IMG/VR virus record: IMGVR_UViG_3300003323_000065
Location: 1 to 47,956 of that record
Origin: a virus
Strand: one strand, 5' to 3'
Length of the DNA: 47,956 nucleotides
Shown piece by piece: positions 41,439 through 47,956 of this stretch. The translations under genes and the position numbers were made by a program. Numbering within the stretch: position 1 is the first letter of the stretch; each line of letters opens with the position of its first letter. The notes beneath the pieces were generated by a model, which was not told where the DNA came from, made no database searches, and was given only the letters and a program-made list of their open reading frames with translations.

Positions 41439-41918
41439 ATGGCACGCGGCATCAACAAAGTTATCCTTGTTGGCAATCTAGGCAACGATCCTGATGTTAA
41501 GTACACACAAGGCGGAATGGCTATCACCCGAATCAGCCTAGCGACTACTAGCGTTCGTAAGGATAAGGATGGCAATCAGCAGGAGCGCACCGAATGGCAT
41601 CGTGTTGTTTTCTTCGGAAAGCTTGGGGAAATCGCTGGCGAGTATTTGCGTAAAGGCTCCACGATCTATGTGGAAGGCTCCATCAAGTACGACAAGTACA
41701 CCGGGCAGGACGGAGTAGAAAAGTACAGCACTGACATTGTGGCTAACGAGATGCAGATGCTTGGCGGAAAGCACGAAGGCCAAGGCGGCGGCTCTGGCGG
41801 TTCGCGTGGTGGCGCTCCGCAGCGTCAACGCCCTGAACCTGCAACCGGATCGCGTAGCCCTGTAGATGATTTCGAGGACACGGACATTCCTTTTGCTACT
41901 AATCGAGGAAATTGGTGA
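41439..41918 (+). CDS. ssb: single-stranded DNA-binding protein with C-terminal extension beyond the DIPF tip
   Basis: [25 protein letters not shown]-fold start, Gly-rich linker, [10 protein letters not shown] followed by ATNRGNW*. Confidence 0.85.
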   Translation: MARGINKVILVGNLGNDPDVKYTQGGMAITRISLATTSVRKDKDGNQQERTEWHRVVFFGKLGEIAGEYLRKGSTIYVEGSIKYDKYTGQDGVEKYSTDIVANEMQMLGGKHEGQGGGSGGSRGGAPQRQRPEPATGSRSPVDDFEDTDIPFATNRGNW

Positions 41919-42100
41919 TGACCAAGCCTAAGAAGAAGCCTAAGACTGGCGATGTTGTGGGTTGGGCTGTAATTAGCCGAAACGGATCAATTGCCACTAC
42001 AGCAGACACTCGTAGTGAGGCGAGATACGCAATCAGCACGATGAACGAATGGGGCAGCAATAAACCCTATCGACTTGGGCGAATCTTGTTGAGCAAATGA
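41918..42100 (+). CDS. hypothetical basic protein
   Basis: 60 aa, TGATG coupling. Confidence 0.5.
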   Translation: MTKPKKKPKTGDVVGWAVISRNGSIATTADTRSEARYAISTMNEWGSNKPYRLGRILLSK

Positions 42101-42828
42101 ACCTAAGCGAGCGCATCCGTAGCTGTCTGTCATCTCCAAAGACGGCTGCGGATGTTCACTCAATCATCGGCGGCGACCTTACACTCATCCGTGGCTGCAT
42201 TCAAACGATGGTCAAGGTCGGCCTGCTACAACGGATTGGAGAAGCCAGGCCATACAGCTATCAGGTGGCTAGGCAGTTGAAACAGAAGCTAAGAGGTGTA
42301 GAAAAGACTATGGCAGTATCGCAAGCGCAGCAGGTCCGTGATTGGCTGAAGGCCAATGGCCCAGCCAGGAACGCAGAAGTAAGCAAGGGGACGGGATTTC
42401 CTCCAAAGCAATGCAGCAGAATCCTCAGCTACATGAAGCGTTATGGCTGTGTTAGCCAGGACGATGAGCGCAAGTATCACTTTGTTCGTGATGCTATCCA
42501 GATGCAGGCTATGACCGCTGAGGAAAAGCGAGAGGCGAACGCACGAAACAATCGCACCATGCGCGCAAGGATCAAGGCTATCCAGCAGCAAGAGATTGCC
42601 AATGCCAAGAAGCCAGACGCCATGACCATCAAGGTTAAGCGAGAGGCATTCATTGATGACCGGCCAAAGCAAACGGTAGAGGATTGGCTAAAGGCTGGCG
42701 GAAAAATCGACCGTAGCCCGACTGAGCATAAGTTTGAGCGGCTGAGCCATGAGGAAATTATGGGTGGCGCTAAGCGTGGATTTGGCGGATACCAAACTCC
42801 GATGAATAGGCGTCAAGGCTGGATTTAA
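42097..42828 (+). CDS. protein with two winged-helix-like segments (regulator or replication initiator candidate)
   Basis: Two similar segments: ..IRGCIQTMVKVGLLQRIGEARPYSYQV and ..CSRILSYMKRYGCVSQDDERKYHFV. Confidence 0.5.
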   Translation: MNLSERIRSCLSSPKTAADVHSIIGGDLTLIRGCIQTMVKVGLLQRIGEARPYSYQVARQLKQKLRGVEKTMAVSQAQQVRDWLKANGPARNAEVSKGTGFPPKQCSRILSYMKRYGCVSQDDERKYHFVRDAIQMQAMTAEEKREANARNNRTMRARIKAIQQQEIANAKKPDAMTIKVKREAFIDDRPKQTVEDWLKAGGKIDRSPTEHKFERLSHEEIMGGAKRGFGGYQTPMNRRQGWI

Positions 42829-42835
42829 ATGAATA

Positions 42836-42858
42836 GGGAGCCGATTGGCTCCCTTTTT
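42836..42858 (+). terminator. Rho-independent terminator of the rightward operon
   Basis: GGGAGCC-GATT-GGCTCCC followed by TTTTT. Confidence 0.8.
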
Positions 42859-42869
42859 GTTCGCACAGT

Positions 42870-42913
42870 GTTCTATCTATGATGTTGATAGATTTTTACC
42901 TTTACGGCAATAT
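42870..42913 (+). promoter_or_regulatory. conserved promoter/operator module, copy 4 (single box)
   Basis: GTTCTATC-tatgatg-TTGATA-17 nt-CAATAT. Confidence 0.5.
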
Positions 42914-42940
42914 GAAATCACCAACCAAGAGGACTACGCC

Positions 42941-43084
42941 ATGAAGAAGATCATTACTGCCATCGTCATTGCCCTGTCGCTCAGCGCTTGCGGCACCCTG
43001 CGCGAGTTCAATAAGCCGGAAGTCGGCGCAGACGGTAGCCGAGAGTTCCGCGCTACCGCTGCCATTGGCCGCTGCCGTTGCTAA
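42941..43084 (+). CDS. small lipoprotein (47 aa), Cor/Llp-like superinfection-exclusion candidate
   Basis: MKKIITAIVIALSLSAC lipobox; AAGAGGA SD; own promoter module after a terminator; stop overlaps the convergent tail-gene stop. Confidence 0.65.
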   Translation: MKKIITAIVIALSLSACGTLREFNKPEVGADGSREFRATAAIGRCRC

Positions 43085-43839
43085 GCAGTGAAGTTCAAGG
43101 GAACCTCAGTCAAGTCTACGATGAAAATCGTTGCAGCCTGTGGTGATGTGCTTGCGCTTCCTGCTGGGAATGTATTGCCAAGCAATATCTGGCTATAAGT
43201 TTCATGACGAGACGTAAAAATTCTGTTATCGCTAGTCATATGAATTGCATCAACTCGCATTGTACATCTGTCTTGCGAAACAGACTCGTAATATGTTCTT
43301 GGCGCAGGAATTGCTATACCTATCTTTGTTCCTGGGAAAAATTGACCAAGCTCGTAATATGCTCCGGTATAAGTTTCAGGCAAAGTAATTGCCTGAAGAA
43401 CTCTTATTCCCTTTTTTCTTGAGTCATAATAAGAATTTCCTGATTCATCTCTTAGTCTTAGGCCAACATTGCCAGAAGGATTATTTGTTAAATTCCTGAA
43501 TGTGTAATACTCAAGAACTTTATTTGGCGCGTTATTTGATGCATATATTTGAGTTGTCTTAAATCCAAATCTTGATATTTCCTGGGTTACAGCATATCCA
43601 GTTGTGTATGCAACAGCATCATTTATATATCTTATTACGTGCAAATCTGTTTGGCTTGGAGGGTAAGGAAGTGCACCTCTAGGCGACCATTCTGCAAAAG
43701 GCGGGCTGCCTGCTGTTGATCCTCCGCCAAATGTCCCAGTATCTAGGGTCCCAGACCTAAACAAAGATAGGTTTGTGTATCCTGTCGATATTTGTACCTG
43801 ACCACTAGACTGATTATGAACTCGGAATCCTACTGCCAT
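43081..43839 (-). CDS. hypothetical tail-associated protein (AT-rich), shares the VG[LF]R..SG motif
   Basis: 252 aa; MAVGFRVHNQSSGQV and internal VGLRLRDESGNS; hand count 21/60 GC at 43441..43500. Confidence 0.6.
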   Translation of the reverse strand: MAVGFRVHNQSSGQVQISTGYTNLSLFRSGTLDTGTFGGGSTAGSPPFAEWSPRGALPYPPSQTDLHVIRYINDAVAYTTGYAVTQEISRFGFKTTQIYASNNAPNKVLEYYTFRNLTNNPSGNVGLRLRDESGNSYYDSRKKGIRVLQAITLPETYTGAYYELGQFFPGTKIGIAIPAPRTYYESVSQDRCTMRVDAIHMTSDNRIFTSRHETYSQILLGNTFPAGSASTSPQAATIFIVDLTEVPLNFTA

Positions 43840-44228
43840 CAGCTATAAACTCCATAATGCAATGTTATCCCGCCAATAGTTCCAGTGTTTGGCTGTGATG
43901 GGAAATCCTCAAACCTAACATGGTAATGAACAACGTCATCAATCCATACCCAGTTAATTGAGTTTCCAGAGATTGTCACAGATGGGACAAGAATTCCATA
44001 ATTAGAACGTTGGTCATCTGCTGTGAAGTAATAGAAAGGTTGGCCTCCTGAAAAGTCATTGACAACTAGACCTCCATTAGCTTCAGGCGGCGCTCGCCAT
44101 CTATTGTTTACGTTAACAGGGTTGTATAGGGGAAACTTATATGACCCAATCGTCTTTGTAAGGCGAGTGGTCACAGTAGTTTCTACATACCCGCTCTCGC
44201 TTCTAATTCTAAGTCCAACGTCAGCCAT
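43839..44228 (-). CDS. hypothetical tail-associated protein (AT-rich), shares the VG[LF]R..SG motif
   Basis: 129 aa; MADVGLRIRSESGYV; start overlaps the J stop. Confidence 0.6.
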   Translation of the reverse strand: MADVGLRIRSESGYVETTVTTRLTKTIGSYKFPLYNPVNVNNRWRAPPEANGGLVVNDFSGGQPFYYFTADDQRSNYGILVPSVTISGNSINWVWIDDVVHYHVRFEDFPSQPNTGTIGGITLHYGVYS

Positions 44229-47200
44229 TACAGCAGCACTCCCAATTCAACAGCAGGATTACCATTAGGATAGTAGATATATACGCCCTGGTTGGTGATG
44301 TTCAAACGGTATCCGCCAGCAATAGAACCATTGAACTCAAATCCACCGCCAGCGGCCTTGTTGATCCGCCACCCCGTCTGGCCTGAAACATAATCGTCGG
44401 ATTGGATTGTACCGCTGATCTTGGCGTTGGTGATTGCCGCATTGGCAATCATAGCGTTGGTGATCCAGCTAGTACCGATAAGCGCCTGGCTAATGAAGGT
44501 CTGACCACCTTGGATGACAAATGGGCTAGTGACCTGGCCGTTAGCAATGTTGATTACAGCAAATCGGTCAGCCTGCATAAGAATCTGAGACTGGAAGCTG
44601 CCGTCTGGCTGGTTCTCAATTCCGACGCCCATGCCAGCAGCGTAATACTGCCCATTAGCGGCAATCTGAAGCTTCAGCGTCCACGATGCACTTATCTGTC
44701 CATCAAGGTCAACAAGAGCTTGAGAAGTCTCTTGAACCGTAGCCGTCACCTCTCCAACTTCTGCTTGAACTGTTTCAACTCGCCTGCTTAGCGCGTAATC
44801 CTGAGTTGCCACTACGGTCTGAACAGTAGTCGTTCCAGCGAATACATCATTGTCAGCGGTGTAATCGTCAGTATCGCCAGTAAACTGCGTATCGATAGCT
44901 GCGAACAACCCATCGACCTTCTGGCCTTGCGCAGTCAATTCCCCGTCAATCTGGCTAACATCTAGCTCAAGTTGATCGACTCGGCCAACGATAGCGCCAG
45001 CCTGTGCGATGGCCTCACCAACGTCCTGCCAGTCGGAACTAGGGGGCTGATTGTTACCAGGCGTTGCATTAGTCCAACTGTAGATGCGGCCATCGTAGAT
45101 TACTGTCTGACCTTCCTCGTAGGTTGCATTAGCATCCCAAATCAAAGGCACGATATTGTCGATACTGTCGATCTTAGACAGCAAATCTTGGCCTAGCGCA
45201 CTCTCAGTAATTCGGCCAGAGAAGTAGGCGTCATATTCAGTTTGATCTATGCTGGACTCACCGACAACGCCAGTCCCTTCCGGATACCACGGACCAATAT
45301 TGCCGCTGCGGTCAACCAAGCGCCCCCAAAAATAGAACTTAGCGCCAGCAGCAAGCCCGTTGATCTGATGACGATCCTGCGGATAGGCAAAGTCACCAAG
45401 CTTGATCGCGCTAGCCCTATCTGGACCCTGCGAATACCAAATCTCAGTGCGCTCTGTGTCCGTTGCACCTTGCGGGAAGCCCCAGCGCAGGCCAATGGCA
45501 AACACAATGCTAGTTGTCGTCAACGAGGTAAGGGACGGTGGCGGGGTAGTCTTGCCATCGATCTGAGTCAACATACTAGTCGCTGGGATCGACCTGGCCC
45601 CAAGCGCATTGACTGCACGCACACGCGCAAGGTATTGGCCTGAGTAAGCTCCCCGAATATCTACGCTGGTCGAGCTAACCCTGACCATGCGGACCCAATC
45701 CATATCATCTCGACGCCACTCAACTTCATACTCGATGGCGTTAGGCGCAGCATCCCACTGAATCGTAACATCAGTACGAGCAATTGCCTGATCGATAACA
45801 GAGAATGAAGTAAGCGTAACGTTCGCTGGCGGGGCCTGAACACTAGGCGGGATAACACTAATCGGTGGCTGCTCTAGGCGCGTGCCATCATCGATGTAGG
45901 CGAACTTGTCTGCGCGGTAGGACAGGCCGGAAATCGTATAGGTTCCGTCCTCATTGTCAGCAACACCCATGCAGCGGAATGTTTCCGCCACAAGCTCAGT
46001 CTTTTCAAAGATGAAAACACCTTGCTTAGCAGGATTTGCTGACCAATCCACCGTAACAGTAACAACACGGCCTGATACAGACTGAATAGTCCTAGCTTCG
46101 ATCTTCCCAGTCGAAAGCATGACCTTAATAGTATCGCCTGCAACAATGTCATCAGGGATTTGATCGACAGTAACGCTATCCGCAGTGAATGCGCCGATAC
46201 GCCCACCCATGCGGCGACCAGCACGGTTACGATTGGAGACGTTGAATACGTCGCCAGGCGATACAAGAACGCCCTCTAGGCCAACCTTAAACGCAATCGT
46301 TTCTCGCTCAAGATTCTCGGAAACTAAAATGTGATTGCCGATGCGCTGAGCCTGCCCCCGAGACGTACAGCCGATGGCGGTCACTTCAGTCTCTTGGATA
46401 CCATAGCGGATCAGGCCGGGGCGGAATTCAACTCGCTCAACCTTCTGGCGCCCCATATCTGTCTGATCTGACCACGAAACAAGCGCAACGGTATGGCGGA
46501 CCTTTCGGGCCGAGCTTTCGTATTCAAAACGGCCATCAACAACATCAGCATTCGTATAGCCAACCGATACCTGCTTAGGCATATCGGCAGAGGCAATCAT
46601 CTGCCCTACGGCGTAATAGCTGACTCCACGGAACACAGCAGCCAAGTCCTGAAGCACCTTGTAGGCATCAGCTCGGGTCTGCATGTAGACATTGCAGGTA
46701 AAGCGCGGCTCCTGCCCGCCAAATCCATCTGAGACCATCTCATCGCAATACTGTGCGATCTGATACAGGTTCCACGCATCCACCCATGCGGCAGGGATGT
46801 TATTGCCTAGGCCAAACCTGTCATTGGTAACAATGTCATAGAAAACCCATGCCGGGTTGTTAGTCCAGGCCGATTTGAATGTGCCATTCCAAACGCCGTT
46901 AGTAGTGCCGGGTCCAGTCGTGGCATATGTCCTTAGCTCGGGATCGTAGTTGGCCGGAACCTTGATGATTCGACCATAGACATTGCAGGAAATGGTAGGA
47001 AGGCTTTGGAACTGCTGGGCATCAACAGAAACAGCCAATAGAGCGCTATTCGGATACCGTAGCTTGGCATCGATAATCTCAGTGATCGACTGTACGCGAG
47101 TAGTGTCAGCAACCGTAGAAGAGTTAGCATTAGGCGTTAGGCGACGGATGCGAATTTGCCACTGACTACCAGGCGGCAGGTCAATACGATGGCTGCGCTC

Positions 47201-47728
47201 ATACTGAGTCGTCGTTTTGCCAGTGTAGGCGCTATTCAATACGGTAGTGTATGCGCCACCGTCTGTAGCAACGTCGATAGCGTAGGAGACACTATAGCCA
47301 ACTGTATCGCCGTTGCTGGTATCGACTTTCTGCAAAGAATCAACCGCCACGCGGACACGAACAGCAGAAAGGTCCGATCCAGATACAGTTCTGACAATAG
47401 GGGTATCAGCGCGGAGTTCTACCCCGACAATCACCTCATTTTCAACGCTGGGGAAGCCAGGGATATAAGACTGATCCTGAGTACCTGAGCGCGTCTCAAC
47501 AGCAACATTCTGGAAGTTGAATGTGCCATCTGAATTCTGTAGAGGAGTCCCTTGCAGGTATACAGACCGATAACCGTTGACAAGCCCACGCATCTCCCCC
47601 TCGCCGAGAAGGAGAATCGTCTTAGCATAGGAAATAGACCGCAGGCTATCGGGAGACTCTACGGGGGTACGGCCAGCAGTCGAACCCTTGCCGCCAGCGC
47701 CAACGATAGATAGGTTTCTGTTTTCCAA
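44228..47728 (-). CDS. host specificity / central tail fibre protein J (lambda gpJ-like)
   Basis: About 1170 aa. GAGGKGSTAGRTPVESPDSLRS matches the lambda J N-terminus GKGSSKGHTPREAKDNLKS. Probable TTG start at 47728 just after the I stop (longest ORF reaches 47806). Confidence 0.85.
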   Translation of the reverse strand: MENRNLSIVGAGGKGSTAGRTPVESPDSLRSISYAKTILLLGEGEMRGLVNGYRSVYLQGTPLQNSDGTFNFQNVAVETRSGTQDQSYIPGFPSVENEVIVGVELRADTPIVRTVSGSDLSAVRVRVAVDSLQKVDTSNGDTVGYSVSYAIDVATDGGAYTTVLNSAYTGKTTTQYERSHRIDLPPGSQWQIRIRRLTPNANSSTVADTTRVQSITEIIDAKLRYPNSALLAVSVDAQQFQSLPTISCNVYGRIIKVPANYDPELRTYATTGPGTTNGVWNGTFKSAWTNNPAWVFYDIVTNDRFGLGNNIPAAWVDAWNLYQIAQYCDEMVSDGFGGQEPRFTCNVYMQTRADAYKVLQDLAAVFRGVSYYAVGQMIASADMPKQVSVGYTNADVVDGRFEYESSARKVRHTVALVSWSDQTDMGRQKVERVEFRPGLIRYGIQETEVTAIGCTSRGQAQRIGNHILVSENLERETIAFKVGLEGVLVSPGDVFNVSNRNRAGRRMGGRIGAFTADSVTVDQIPDDIVAGDTIKVMLSTGKIEARTIQSVSGRVVTVTVDWSANPAKQGVFIFEKTELVAETFRCMGVADNEDGTYTISGLSYRADKFAYIDDGTRLEQPPISVIPPSVQAPPANVTLTSFSVIDQAIARTDVTIQWDAAPNAIEYEVEWRRDDMDWVRMVRVSSTSVDIRGAYSGQYLARVRAVNALGARSIPATSMLTQIDGKTTPPPSLTSLTTTSIVFAIGLRWGFPQGATDTERTEIWYSQGPDRASAIKLGDFAYPQDRHQINGLAAGAKFYFWGRLVDRSGNIGPWYPEGTGVVGESSIDQTEYDAYFSGRITESALGQDLLSKIDSIDNIVPLIWDANATYEEGQTVIYDGRIYSWTNATPGNNQPPSSDWQDVGEAIAQAGAIVGRVDQLELDVSQIDGELTAQGQKVDGLFAAIDTQFTGDTDDYTADNDVFAGTTTVQTVVATQDYALSRRVETVQAEVGEVTATVQETSQALVDLDGQISASWTLKLQIAANGQYYAAGMGVGIENQPDGSFQSQILMQADRFAVINIANGQVTSPFVIQGGQTFISQALIGTSWITNAMIANAAITNAKISGTIQSDDYVSGQTGWRINKAAGGGFEFNGSIAGGYRLNITNQGVYIYYPNGNPAVELGVLL

Positions 47729-47747
47729 GGGTTCCGCCGATTTATAG

Positions 47748-47956
47748 TTAAGCGTTAGAGGCAATGTCCTCGGCATAAATGCCGCCACTAATGATAGCAC
47801 CGCCAATAATCAAAGGCCCGCCATAACATAGAGGCACGGGGTTTCCTTGGGCCTGAGTATTCACAGCGCCATCCATCGAGTAGCTAGGCAGATTGCCAGG
47901 ATCATCCTTTGCCCCTAGTCCTTTAGGCTGAGGCGAAAGCATCTGCACGACGCCGC
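47748..47956 (-). CDS. tail assembly protein I, C-terminal part (continuation of 1..434)
   Basis: ..QMLSPQPKG...NPVPLCYGGPLIIGGAIISGGIYAED matches the lambda gpI C-terminus NVLPVLYGEMRVGSRVVS. Confidence 0.8.
   Translation of the reverse strand, partial: GVVQMLSPQPKGLGAKDDPGNLPSYSMDGAVNTQAQGNPVPLCYGGPLIIGGAIISGGIYAEDIASNA
47932..47956. repeat. second copy of the 25-nt terminal overlap
   Basis: Identical to 1..25. Confidence 0.9.

Noticed and set aside
47729-47806. N-terminal 26 codons of the longest J ORF overlapping the I gene
   Set aside because: The extension overlaps the I coding sequence. The TTG at 47728 lies just after the I stop and aligns with the lambda J N-terminus, so the extension is probably not translated. 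The start remains uncertain.
1-47956. CRISPR arrays, rRNA genes, transposase/IS elements, reverse transcriptase (retron/DGR)
   Set aside because: Reading both strands I found no regularly spaced direct repeats, no rRNA-like sequence, and no transposase or reverse-transcriptase motif in any ORF.

Overview
The window is a complete, circularly closed dsDNA tailed-phage genome. The 25 nt at 1..25 repeat at 47932..47956, giving a unique length of 47,931 bp, and the gpI-like tail gene reads in frame across the join. Nearly all genes lie on the minus strand as one long series. In transcription order: early genes (38728 down to 26884), an ORF-free RNA region and tRNA cluster (26883-25030), a lysis cassette (24301-21930), small genes, terminase (19594-17630), and a four-gene GC-rich cassette. 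These are followed by a DUF1073 portal / DUF2213 / DUF2190 / DUF2184-type head module and a lambda-like tail module (tube, G/GT chaperone with -1 frameshift, tape measure, M, inserted S74 fibre, L, K, I across the junction, J). Two AT-rich genes follow J. A short plus-strand operon (38869-43084) encodes RecT, a YqaJ-like exonuclease, SSB and a stand-alone small lipoprotein. I found no integrase, DNA polymerase, primase or helicase. There are two DNA methyltransferases, a MazG-like enzyme, and 7 HNH genes plus one degenerate HNH_3-like gene, mostly AT-rich. The best novelty candidates are non-protein features: a five-copy conserved promoter/operator module, a ~700-nt ORF-free stem-dense region upstream of the tRNAs, a twin CU-loop hairpin RNA after the last tRNA-like gene, two tRNA-like genes with non-canonical cores, and a promoter-to-terminator sRNA-like unit at ~36.1-36.3 kb. 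The GC-rich moron between terminase and portal and a Cor/Llp-like lipoprotein next to the host-recognition genes are also worth a look. Protein calls rest on motifs I recognise by eye and on gene order. No searches or folding programs were run, and start codons are often uncertain because the ORF track uses the longest ORF with ATG/GTG/TTG starts.
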